Below are positions 10,685 to 21,600 of a stretch of DNA of 64,000 nt, piece by piece. Made by a program: the position numbers and the translations under genes. The notes beneath the pieces were generated by a model, which had not been told where the DNA came from, made no database searches, and saw nothing but the letters and a program-made list of their open reading frames with translations. This stretch comes from Bacteroidota bacterium (GTDB lineage Bacteria; Bacteroidota; Ignavibacteria; OLB7): the NCBI GenBank assembly GCA_018266795.1, contig JAFDZV010000036.1, positions 26,971 to 90,970 on the forward strand. Direction: 5' to 3'. Numbering within the stretch: the first letter of the stretch is position 1; each line of letters opens with the position of its first letter.

Positions 10685-13600
10685 ATGGCTTATTTCAATC
10701 GACATCCGGACTCCGCTCTCTACACCTCGTCGCAGGGATACGGCGGCGGTTACGTAGCGTTCTATCTCTACGGCGACGAGTTCCCGGAGACGCTGACGAT
10801 ACCGGACACGTGGGAGACCCGTGTGGGCTACTATCTCTTCCTGAAGGAGCCGCCTCCGGAGAACGGAATGACGACGTTCGTCGCCGCCGTCAACGGAGCG
10901 CTTTCCGGTTCCGAACCCTGCCATACCAGCTTTGTCTGGTACACCTACAATGGGGCGGATGGATCGCTTGTCGAGATCAAGACGGTGAGTACGAATGCCG
11001 TTCCCGTGGATGACGAGGAAGGGGAGGATCCGGACGAGGACGAGGGGGAGGAGGATTACGAGGACGAGTACACGGTGCTGGTAACGGAGACGGCGCTCTT
11101 CAACTTCGGTGGCTACAAGCTCCCCATCGGCGTGAACATGCGTGTGGTGTACGAGCGCGACGGGGGCAACGACGTCACCGGATTCATCTTCGAATATCCG
11201 GAGGATCCGCAGCCGCGGTATCCGGCGGAGGCAGTTGTCGGGCCGCCCGATCCGCAGCGCAATCTTCACCTGACGTTCAATGGGGATGGCCGAGGATGTT
11301 TCGAGGGGATAGGCTTCATCAGCGATTATTCCGACGATGAGGAAACCGGCTGGTATGTCGGACTGCGATATGTGCTGGCAGTTGGCTGCGGGCTTGTTCC
11401 CCAGTATTACCCGGTGTTCGATTTCGGCGATGAATTGCGTCCGCTGCTCGAGATGCGTTGGGATCCGACAAATCATCTCGATCGCAACCGAACATATCTG
11501 GCATTTACCGGAGAATCGATTGCGCTTGTGGAGGACCCTCCGGATTCCGGCGTGTTCCGGCTGGAGGTTCCGGACAGCCCGGAAATCCTTCCCACATTCT
11601 TTCGTACGGTTACCGGTGAGCGCATAGCCTTTATTCCGGTTACCGAGGGAGAAGGCCGGTCCAAGCTTCTGTTCGAGACACGCGATACGGCTCCGATTGA
11701 ATGCGGCGGCTTCTGCTACTATCTGGTGCCTGCCGGCGAGTTCGAACTGCTGCTGCTGGACGAGTGCGGCGACCCGCTGACGCTTGCTTCCCAGAAGGCG
11801 GAAATGCCCGCCCGCTTCATGTGCGGCCTCTCCGGCATCGAGTCGGTGGGTTTCATGCCGCGCAACGAGTGCTTCGATGGCGATCGCATTCTCTTTGTTC
11901 CGCATTGCGATGCCTTCGTGCCGGCGTTTCCGATCAACGGAAACGGGGGCGGCCTTCCGGATCTCGACGCATTGCGTCTGATTGTGGAAGGGGAGTGCAC
12001 TGCGTGGGTTGGATTCATCGGGCCGAACGGCGAGGCGCGCGAGTTCGTGTACTATGCCCAGCCGGAGGATGCTCCACTCTACACGCGGCCCGGTGTTATC
12101 GCGGGAAGTGCACCGCTTCCGCTTATGGAGCCCGTGGCAGCGCTGTTCGAATCGGTATGCAGCCAGACCTGCTTTCCGGTGGCGCCGCCGGCGGGGGCTT
12201 ATCCTTCCGTTGATGCACCGAACCGTCCAACGTTTCTGAGCGCTCTGGAGCATCAGATCATAGGCCCCTGGCGCCGTGATGTGATCCGCAGAACGGCTGC
12301 GACGGCGCCGGATATCATGGAGCCGGCGACGTCCAAGCCAAGCGGCACTGGTGCCACCCCGCAGGGGTTGATCGCCGATGTTGCAGTGGATTCCTGGACG
12401 TCGCTTCTCCTGGCACAGAACCAGCGGACAAGCACTGTTCTGCGATTCTGGTATCCGGATGAGACACTGAAGGCAGCGTTCCAGACAAACCAGTTGTTCC
12501 TGGTTGCATCGCTCGCGAGCCATTTCACGATACCGAATCCGCAGCAGCCAACGGACAGGCGCTTCGAATCGCGGGTGAACATGGCGGATTGGAAGTTCGA
12601 CCTCAAGCTGTCGGGGAACCAGTTTCAGCGTCTCGACAATCCTGCGGCAGATGATTTCCATGATCTCAACAACACGCTGATCTTCAAGTTCTCGCCCGGC
12701 TCCATCTCAAGCCGGCTGCGCGATCCACGTTCGTGGACCAATCCCGGTGACTTCAATCGTACCAACGATGGGCTGCTCGATCTTCTCGCGCAGCGTCTCT
12801 CGGCATATGTCGCATATGCCAGAACACTTGCCTCCAGCAACGATCCCAAGGTCAGGGCCAGATATGCGCCGTTCATCGAGGTGATCGATGACGATGAATG
12901 GACCGGGATAATCGGTGTGAATATCTCGATCGACATGCAGCTGCTTCCATCGCAGTTGAGTGCATTGAGCGCAGGGGTTGATCAGAATTTCTTCGTGGCG
13001 CATCACATCGTGGTGGAGACAAGCTATGTGAAATTCTCCGAGCAGGGACAGGGACTCATGCCCGCCGAATGCTCGCTGTTTGGTCTGGTGGATTACAAGA
13101 GGCGGCAACCGGCTGTGCCACAGGGAGACGGCGGTAACACTGCTCCTGCGGCGGACTTCGATTTCTCCGTGAGCGACTTCCTCGCCGTGTTCCGTAACGG
13201 GTTGCTCAAGGAGTTCTCGTGCGCCGCAGATCTGAAGATCAACAGATTGTTCGGGGACAACATTACCGGGCTGACCGGAAATGATGGCGCAACGAACAAC
13301 GGTATTCGTCTGATCGGCCAGTACGATGCGCTCAGCAACACGCCGTCGTACGTGTTCACTCTGGAGGGTGGCGGGCAGTTCCAGCTTCAGAGCGCCATTC
13401 TCGAGTGGGTGGAGATTCGCAAGGCGCAGTTCTCGGTTCGGGAGGAGGCCGTGCCCAACAGGGGAAAGGACATGTATTGTGCCTTCGTCTTCTGGGGGGT
13501 CATGAAATTCCGCAGCATGGGGCTGACGGGGGACGCCGGGAACCTGGATATTTTCTCCTACGATGCGCTTGCATTCGAAGGAATGGCGCTGCGTATGAAG

Positions 13601-14260
13601 TTCAACATGGATTCGCCATCCGACAGGACATTTACCTTCGACAGCAGAACGATCGCTCTGGATACGGCCCCCGCGGTAACTATTCCGCGCGGCCAGAGCC
13701 TCGCAAAGAAATTCCCGATGCGGCTGCAGACGTTCATGTCATCGGACGCGGGGAAATTGCCCAAGGACCTGGGATACGTGGCTGTGGGTACGCAGTTGGC
13801 AGCGCAGCCGGTTGCGGCGCCATGGTATGGTCTCGACTATACGCTGAACCTCGGCACACTTGGTGAGTTTGCCGCCAATGCCGGGATTACCGTGCAGCTT
13901 GCCGTTACGTGGAGCCCTGGAGGGCCTTCGCAGCCACGCGCCCAGGTGTGGTTGAAGTTCCCGGGTGTCGGCGGCATCGGGAATGATCTGTTCAGCCTGG
14001 AGGGGGTCGTGAAATTTTCTGCGAGCTCGTACAGCCTGAAGGCCTTCACTGACGACGACGATATCGGATACCTGCTGACGCTGAACAGTATGGCGCTCCG
14101 CATTCTCGGCGTTGGAATTCCGTTCGGAGGCGGGCCGAATATCTACGTCTTCGGTCCGCCCAAGAGCCCGGCCCTGCTGAGCCCTACGGCAACGCCGAGC
14201 GACGATGCCCTGGGCTGGTTTGCCGTGTATCCGAAGCCTGCACCTCCGGGCGGCGGCTGA
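10685..14260 (+). CDS. Large hypothetical protein (1,191 aa) with an acidic N-terminal stretch and several Cys clusters.
   Basis: The long ORF has non-shadow composition. The likely start is MAYFNRHPDS, because the upstream in-frame part is an Arg/Pro-rich shadow. It contains the acidic run DDEEGEDPDEDEGEEDYEDEY and Cys-rich segments (ECGGFCYYL, CGDPL, FMCGLSG, NECFDGD, PHCDAF). No recognised catalytic motif. Confidence 0.65.
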   Translation: MAYFNRHPDSALYTSSQGYGGGYVAFYLYGDEFPETLTIPDTWETRVGYYLFLKEPPPENGMTTFVAAVNGALSGSEPCHTSFVWYTYNGADGSLVEIKTVSTNAVPVDDEEGEDPDEDEGEEDYEDEYTVLVTETALFNFGGYKLPIGVNMRVVYERDGGNDVTGFIFEYPEDPQPRYPAEAVVGPPDPQRNLHLTFNGDGRGCFEGIGFISDYSDDEETGWYVGLRYVLAVGCGLVPQYYPVFDFGDELRPLLEMRWDPTNHLDRNRTYLAFTGESIALVEDPPDSGVFRLEVPDSPEILPTFFRTVTGERIAFIPVTEGEGRSKLLFETRDTAPIECGGFCYYLVPAGEFELLLLDECGDPLTLASQKAEMPARFMCGLSGIESVGFMPRNECFDGDRILFVPHCDAFVPAFPINGNGGGLPDLDALRLIVEGECTAWVGFIGPNGEAREFVYYAQPEDAPLYTRPGVIAGSAPLPLMEPVAALFESVCSQTCFPVAPPAGAYPSVDAPNRPTFLSALEHQIIGPWRRDVIRRTAATAPDIMEPATSKPSGTGATPQGLIADVAVDSWTSLLLAQNQRTSTVLRFWYPDETLKAAFQTNQLFLVASLASHFTIPNPQQPTDRRFESRVNMADWKFDLKLSGNQFQRLDNPAADDFHDLNNTLIFKFSPGSISSRLRDPRSWTNPGDFNRTNDGLLDLLAQRLSAYVAYARTLASSNDPKVRARYAPFIEVIDDDEWTGIIGVNISIDMQLLPSQLSALSAGVDQNFFVAHHIVVETSYVKFSEQGQGLMPAECSLFGLVDYKRRQPAVPQGDGGNTAPAADFDFSVSDFLAVFRNGLLKEFSCAADLKINRLFGDNITGLTGNDGATNNGIRLIGQYDALSNTPSYVFTLEGGGQFQLQSAILEWVEIRKAQFSVREEAVPNRGKDMYCAFVFWGVMKFRSMGLTGDAGNLDIFSYDALAFEGMALRMKFNMDSPSDRTFTFDSRTIALDTAPAVTIPRGQSLAKKFPMRLQTFMSSDAGKLPKDLGYVAVGTQLAAQPVAAPWYGLDYTLNLGTLGEFAANAGITVQLAVTWSPGGPSQPRAQVWLKFPGVGGIGNDLFSLEGVVKFSASSYSLKAFTDDDDIGYLLTLNSMALRILGVGIPFGGGPNIYVFGPPKSPALLSPTATPSDDALGWFAVYPKPAPPGGG

Positions 14261-14371
14261 GGTATGCGTGCGATCGTACACCTGGCCAGGCCCGAAATGC
14301 CGGGGACACGGATCCCGCCTGAAGAGAGAACGAACCATCACAACAAACAGTCACGACTCAGGAGAGAAGCC

Positions 14372-15637
14372 ATGCGCAGAATCAATGCGGCGGTATATCT
14401 GCTGCTGTTAACCATAGCGGTCGCAGCGCACGCTGCTCCAATGCAGACCTTGAAGATATACCACATCGGTGTGGGGCAGGGAGATTGCACATTCATCATC
14501 GCGAAAAAGGAACAGTCCAGGAAAGCACCAATCGTTGTCAGTGCGTTGATCGATGTTGGTTCCGGGCCGATCGTGCGAGCGGGGCGCGATCCAGCGTTGC
14601 TTTGGGCTGCCCTCCTGCAGATTATGGGCGAGAATTCAGTGCCGACGATCAATTATCTGATTCTCTCGCACCTGGATGAAGATCACATGGGGGCAGCGGA
14701 GGGATTGCTGTACGTTCTCGAGCGTCCCAATTTCAAGAAATATGCCAAGGGAATGATTGTGGTGGACAGAGGATGGCTGGACCCATCGACGAAGCCGACG
14801 GGGACAATCTATACCGGATTCGAGGGGCGTTTCGGAACCGGAAAGCCGTGGAGGCGGAAGAAGATTGATGTGAAGGAGAATTTGTTCGATGGCTACTTCG
14901 ACAACATGAAAATGTGGTGCGTTGCCGCCAACGGAGTGTCGCTGCAACCGAGAAATGGTGATCCGACAAAATGGAACAGGAGAGTGCTTGTACCGTCTGG
15001 TTCCCTGAATGAGAACGATCGCTGTTACGGTTTTCTGATCGAGTTCGATGGCTTCCGGTACTTCACGGCCGGCGATATGACCGGGTACGACGTCGACAGC
15101 CAGCACAATATCGAGCTTGGGTTCTCCGATTTTCTTACCCAGTGCATGCAGCGTGCGCAGCCCTCGGATGGGAACTGCCATGTCTGCTGCCTGAAGGTAA
15201 ATCACCACGGCAGTATCAACAGCACCAACCCGGATTTCGTGACCGCCACAAAGCCGAGGCTTGCGGTATTCTCGTCGGGTCTTCAGATGTTCAGCAACGG
15301 GCGACTACCACAGCAGGCCGTTGCAACACGGCTTCGGACAAATAACGCAGCGTGCAGTTTCTTCTACACCTACTGTCCCACGAATATTGCCGATCCGTAC
15401 GACGGTACGGTTCAGGACAACGATCCACTTTTCTTTACCGATCAACTGGATCGATGGCAGGATATCGTTGTCTCTGTTTCCCGCCCGAGTGCAAATCTCG
15501 TGGCAAATCGATTATACGGCGATGATATCACGATGAAGGTACAGGCCTGCTATCGTGATCGGTCCACGTTTGCCCGCACATCCAATCTGCGTGATCTGCC
15601 GGACGTTGTCTGCAGCAAGAAACACCCTGCACCGTAA
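14372..15637 (+). CDS. Secreted stand-alone ComEC/Rec2-type metallo-beta-lactamase-fold domain protein (putative nuclease or hydrolase), 421 aa.
   Basis: SD ggagag sits 6 nt upstream of the ATG. The signal peptide is MRRINAAVYLLLLTIAVAAHAAP. ComEC-type MBL motifs are present: KIYHIGVGQGDCTFII, ALIDVGSG, LILSHLDEDHMGAAEGL and KVNHHGSINSTNPDFVTATKPRLAVFSSG. Confidence 0.7.
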   Translation: MRRINAAVYLLLLTIAVAAHAAPMQTLKIYHIGVGQGDCTFIIAKKEQSRKAPIVVSALIDVGSGPIVRAGRDPALLWAALLQIMGENSVPTINYLILSHLDEDHMGAAEGLLYVLERPNFKKYAKGMIVVDRGWLDPSTKPTGTIYTGFEGRFGTGKPWRRKKIDVKENLFDGYFDNMKMWCVAANGVSLQPRNGDPTKWNRRVLVPSGSLNENDRCYGFLIEFDGFRYFTAGDMTGYDVDSQHNIELGFSDFLTQCMQRAQPSDGNCHVCCLKVNHHGSINSTNPDFVTATKPRLAVFSSGLQMFSNGRLPQQAVATRLRTNNAACSFFYTYCPTNIADPYDGTVQDNDPLFFTDQLDRWQDIVVSVSRPSANLVANRLYGDDITMKVQACYRDRSTFARTSNLRDLPDVVCSKKHPAP

Positions 15638-15653
15638 ACAGAGGAAGACTGCC

Positions 15654-18600
15654 ATGAGCCTTCAAACCTTCTACAATTCGCTTGGTGGAGACACCCCGCC
15701 GAATCCGATTGTCTTTGAGCTGGATGAGGATACTGTCGATCCGATCCTGATGCTGCTTACGCTCCTCGAGGTGGATCGGCTGGAGGTCGACATCGTTGGT
15801 GAGGGTGAGCATGATCCGCCATTCGGCATGGTATATACCGCGGACGACCAACCCATGACGATTCGTGGGAGCGCCGAGATGTACGGTGTTGCAACGACCG
15901 TGCTTCTTGTGTTCGTTCAGGACGCCGAGACCGATGCAATCCAGGGAACCCTTACAGCAGCGCTTGATATTACTTCGATTCAGGCGCTCTCGGATTCCGG
16001 TATCGCCGTCATCGCCAACATGGCGGACATCGCTGCGATGCCCGAAGCCGGAGTAGTGCTGGAGGTACTGGGCAATCTTTCGTTGACCACGTCGACGGCC
16101 GATCGCACGTTCGTTGTTCAGTCCGGGATCAAGGACGGAACCACCCGTGTGTTCCAGTCGCCCGCGGTTTCATTTACCGGATTGAACGTACGGGTTGATC
16201 GCGTCATTGGCGATCCGGCCTCGGAAGATGGGCCTGGTGCTCCTGTCACGACGTTGAGTGTAAAGGGGGCGTTCACGGTCTGCGGCCAGGCGCTGGACGT
16301 GACGGTGGATATTCCCGTTGGGGGAGTGGGCTCCACAATGTGGCGCTTCGCATTCACCAGTCCAACCGGATTCGGTCTCGATTCGCTTGTGGATCTGCTC
16401 AATGCATTCGGTGTCGGCGGGCAATTCGCTGCACTTCCCGATCGCATCAGATTGCTCTCCGCATTCCGGTTCATGGGCTTCGAGGTGATCGCCGATCCCT
16501 TCCCGTCGATCGCAAGCATCGAGGTCCTCTTTGCGATCACCGGCGACTGGAACGTCGTAGACACCGTTACGCTGCACAATATTACGTGCTCGCTGCTGGT
16601 CCAGAATCCGTTCAACGGACCATCTGCGCTTCTGAGGGCGAGCGGTGTGTTTACCGTTGGCGGCATTGATCTGGGGACGACACTGCTTATCCCGATAGGT
16701 GGTGGTAACTGGCTCGTGCGGTGTACAACCGACAGCGACAGCATCAATCTGCTCACGATGTCGCAACTGCCGGGGCGCTTCGACCTGAGCTCGCTTCAGG
16801 CACCGATCGGCACACAACAGCAGCTCGATGTTGTTCTGAACGATCTTACGGTTGTCTTCAATCCCATTGCGCGCACAATTGGAGCGATCTCGATCGCAGT
16901 GCGATATGCGGCTACGTGGAATGCCCTTGTCTACAATGGCGAGACGGTACTGAGCGTAACCAATCCTCAGTTCGTGATCGCCATCGATTCACCTCTGTCG
17001 AATAATCGCCGCGTCACGGCAAGCATCTCAGGGTTCGTGGCCTTTTACGATCTGATCAATGCGAGTTTCGAGATGACCAGATCGGGAGGAAGGTGGGCGT
17101 TTGCCGCCGAGACCACCAAACCGATTCGTCTCCAGGCGATCTTCGACAAGTTTTTTCCAACGTATCCGGAGTGGCTGGACGCGATCAAGGGATTTTCAAT
17201 CACCCAGATCGTGTTCAATTATACGACGTCGGGCGGGAGCCAGCCCGGTGTCTTCAATCTGAGTGCCCGCATCGAGGCCAATTGGGATTATGCACTCGGC
17301 GGCCAGACCGGTTCCATTCAACTGACCTCCATCAGCGCATCGGTTGGATCGCAGCCCGATCCTGCTCAGCCTGCGCAGCGGATCTGGACGTTCGCCGTTG
17401 CCGGCACCGTGCGCCTGTACGACACGTTCAACCTGACAGGCTCGTTCCAGTATCGTACAGGCAATGGTCCCGGATCGGGTGCCGAGATCGCCGTCGAGTT
17501 CGATGGCGTGCGTGGTGTCTACAACTCCACCAACAAGCGCATCGACGTCTCACTCGGGAATCGCACCGTCGGCGATCTGGTAAATACGCTCAACCGATTG
17601 GTCAACGGTCCCGCCACGCCGGACTATCAGTTCGAGTCGCCATGGGATCTCGTTGCCGGCATCAGCCTGCAGGGGCTGGTATTCAGCTTCTACTTCGACG
17701 GCAACAGCCAGAAGCGCTGCGGTATCACCTATCGTTTCCCGACGCCCGTCGATCTCGGCTTCATGAAGATTGTCTCGGTCTCGGTGATTGTGACGACCAC
17801 CAAGAAGATTCGCTTCGAGGCCGACGTGATTCCGTTCACGGCAACAACGCCGTCGCCGTTCGGATGGAATCTCGATGATGCGAATGTCCCGAAGCCGCCG
17901 GGCCGCTCGGCACGCATCCTCGATCTCAAGTACCTCGGCATCGGCCAGCGGCTCGAGCTGATGTCGGCGAATGCCACCCGCTCCGTTGACGACGGGATCG
18001 CTGCGATGAAGACCGCGTTCGCGATCCCGTCGGCAACCAGCCATCCGCTTACAGGCATGCAGGCCGGCCTGCGCTACAACCCGCAGATGAACTGGCTTGT
18101 GGGGGCGGACTTCCAGTTGTTCGGGGCGTTGGCGATCGGCTTCATCTTCAACGACAGCAACATAGCCGGTGTGCGCGTTGGCGTGGATGGCGATCGCTTC
18201 CGCTATCTCGGCGGCCTGAAGTTCGAGATCCTCTACAAGAAGGTAACCGAGAGCATCGGCGTGTACCAGATGGAGATCCGCGTGCCGGATTCCATCCGCC
18301 AGATCGAGCTGGGGCAGGTTTCGATCACGCTTCCGATCATCGCCTTCGAACTCTACACGAACGGCAATTTCAAGGTGGACTTCGGATTTCCGAAGGACAA
18401 TGACTTCTCCCGTTCGTTCATGATTCAGGTGTTTCCATTCCTGGGAGCCGGTGGTTTCTACTTTGCGCTGCTGGAGGGGGCAACATCGCCGCGTCTGCCG
18501 GCCAACTACAATCCGAACACCGGTGTGTTCCGTCCCGTGTTGTCGTTCGGCATCGGGCTCAGTCTGGGAGTGGGCAAGAGCATCAACCGCGGCATCTTCT

Positions 18601-21600
18601 CGGCGCAGCTCAGCATCACATTCGAGGGAATTCTGGAAGGGGTGATCGGCTTCTTCAACCCGACGAGCGGGAGCGGAACCGAGATCTACTACTGGCTTCA
18701 GGGCACGCTCGGCGTGGTTGGCCGGATCCAGGGAAGCGTGAGCTTCGCCGTCATTTCCGCAAGCGTCTCGCTGGTTGTGTACGCGCGTATCGGGGCCACA
18801 TTCGAATCATACCAACCACTCGTGCTCTTCTTCGAGGCCGGTGTGGATGTGAACCTTACGGTGCGCATCGGCGTTGGCTGGCTGAGCACCGATGTCAGTT
18901 GCTCCTTCTCCACCAGCATCCGCGAGTCGTTCACGATCCCGGTGCGCGGCAATGGAACGGCGCCGTGGGTTGGCGGCGGCCAGCATGCGTTGGGCCACGG
19001 CGCCGGGCCGCACGGTATGATCGGATCGAGTGCGGTGGCGCCGAAGGAAATGGGGGTTCTCCGCTGGAGAACGATCGACATGGCCGGCACGGGCGACGAA
19101 GTTCTTCTGGAGTTCCGTCCGATGTATACCGTGGCGGAAGGGCCGAACGGCCAGAAGTCCAACTACGTGGCAATGCTGTTTCTGCGCAGTGCATCGCAAT
19201 CGGAACGCGAGAACGACCATCGGACTGTCAACGAGATTCAGGCAACGGACTTTGAGGCGCTTGCAACCGGCATGTTGGTGTGGGCGATCAATGCATCGGT
19301 GAATGCCAACAACCAGACTGCCGTCAATGCGGGCAACATCGAGACCGAACTCCTTAACAAGGACGTCCGGATTGATCACCTGCAGGAAGTGTTCGATTCT
19401 CTGGCACGCCGGGCAGGAGCGGCTGCGAGTTTCGAGACGCAGCAACTGCTGGATTTCCTCCACCTGTATTTCACGATGGTGATCGTCCCATTGCAGCAGA
19501 ACCGGCATTCACCGAATGGTGGCAGCTCCGATGACCGGCCCACGCTGGCAGTGTTCCCAATGCCGCCGGACCTGGAACTGAAGGCGTTCTACGATGACGC
19601 GACCGTGGCCGACATCGACTTCGCCTCCTACAACATGGTACCGGACAGCTATTCCGGCGAGATCGCCAACCACTTCAAGGAAATCGCCATGCAGTTCCAG
19701 ACAGGGCTGGAAGCGAGCGTTGACGCGAATGAAATGCAGGCTGCGCCGGAGTATACGGGCGACGAAGAGTCCATGGCATCCTATGTCTTCGACGACTATT
19801 TCATGCTCCTTGCGCGTGGGGTGGTACATGCGGCCATGGATCTGCTGAAGAATTATTCGATTAAATCTGCCGGGGAGACTCTTGCCGCCCTGGCGACCAC
19901 CTATGGGGTTTCCCCGGGTGAGGTGGGCGTTGCAAATGCGGATCTGGCGATCACCGCACCGGCCACACTGCAGCTTGGCGGTGTGGCGGTAACCACGACG
20001 GCTACCGATACGCTCGCGGCATTGGCCTCGGACAGGGGGTTCCCGAACGACAATGGTTTCCTGGAGAGCCTCGGTCGCCTGAATGCGCTCACACCCGGAC
20101 TCGTGGCAACGGACACGGCGATCACGATCGGCGACGACTCAATCGATGTTGCAGAAAACGAGACGTTGTACTCCATGGCGACGAGGCTCCATGCTTCACC
20201 GGGTGCGGTTGCCGTCACGATTGCATCGCGGCAGGTGCTCAATGCCGATACGAGGCTGCTTCTTCCAACGGTTCCAACCACGTATCTCACCGTTGGGAGC
20301 GAGCCCAATCTGCGCTGGATCGCGTCCAACTACGTTGCAACGCCGGACTTCCAGTTCGAGACGGACTTCGCGCTCGCGAACGCGTTCGTTCCGGGGATCT
20401 TCGTTCCGGGAACCATCTTCACGATGGCGACCGGAGATGCGTACCAATCCATCGCGTCCGACTCGCTTGCAACAATTGCGGCGGCGGTGGGCTTCACCGT
20501 GGAATCGGTGGCGGGAGCCAGCAACGAGCTTTCCGGCATCATCGCTCCCGGAGTTCGCCTTACCATCCCTCCGGTGTCGGTTGCGCTGGAGGGTGCGCCA
20601 ACGTTGCGCCAGGTGCAGACAACCTATGGAGCCGGCATCGCGGCAGTGGCTGCGGCCAACGCCGCAACCCTTGTGCTGGGTGCGGCGGGCGGTTGCATTG
20701 AGCTGCCGAATGTGAAGAAGATCAAGATCGGAACGCTGAGGAAGGAAATGCTGCAGCGCGATCTGTTGATCGATCTTGGCGGCACGGTCTCGCGATTCAT
20801 GGTGCCGGGCCTGCGGCTGCCGCTCCCGACGCAGCAGCAGAATCCCGAGCCCGGCCTGTGGCCGAACTGCGAACCGGATGGATTGTATCGCCTTACCGGC
20901 CAGCAATTCGAGTTGGACAACCCGCTCGGCGGGCAGAACGGACCCGATCTGGATGTTATGCTGGTTGGCGGAGCCAACGCAGGCTGGTATTCGATGCGCG
21001 GGGACGCGGAGAACTACGAGAACCCCGAGAACGACGAGGTGTATGAAAATCCTGTGCGTGTCACGCTCGAGTGGGCTGACCTCGACAAGCTCGATCAGCT
21101 TGCCGCAGAGCAATTGCTGGTTGACGCGTCGCCCTACCGGAAGATCCCGATGTCGCAGACGCAGTTGAAGCGCTTCCCGCTTGGGCGTCCCGTGCAGATT
21201 CAGATGTCCGGTGCGTTTGCCTATGCCGTTGGAACGGCTCCCAACGGCGTGTTGCCGACCATCCTCAACTTCTCCGAGGGAATGCGCCGCGTGCTGGCGG
21301 TGGCCAGGAATCCGGAGCAGCGTTTCGATCTCGCGCTGGAGCGGCCGGACGGATCCGCTGCGGCGCTGAACGTCTACTCCTGGGCTACGGCAATCACCGT
21401 GAAGGTGCGTCGCGTTCGCCTGCCCGATGGTTCCATTGCTGCAATGACCTACGAGCTGGACGGTGCCGACGCCGAGGGGACGCTGACGCTGGAGAAGATC
21501 GTTGCCAGGGGAGGAACGTCCGGCTTCGGGTTCATTCAGGATATACATCTTCTCTTTGCCGGCCAGGGAGTTGGAGCGTTGCAGACCGACGGGCCGAATG

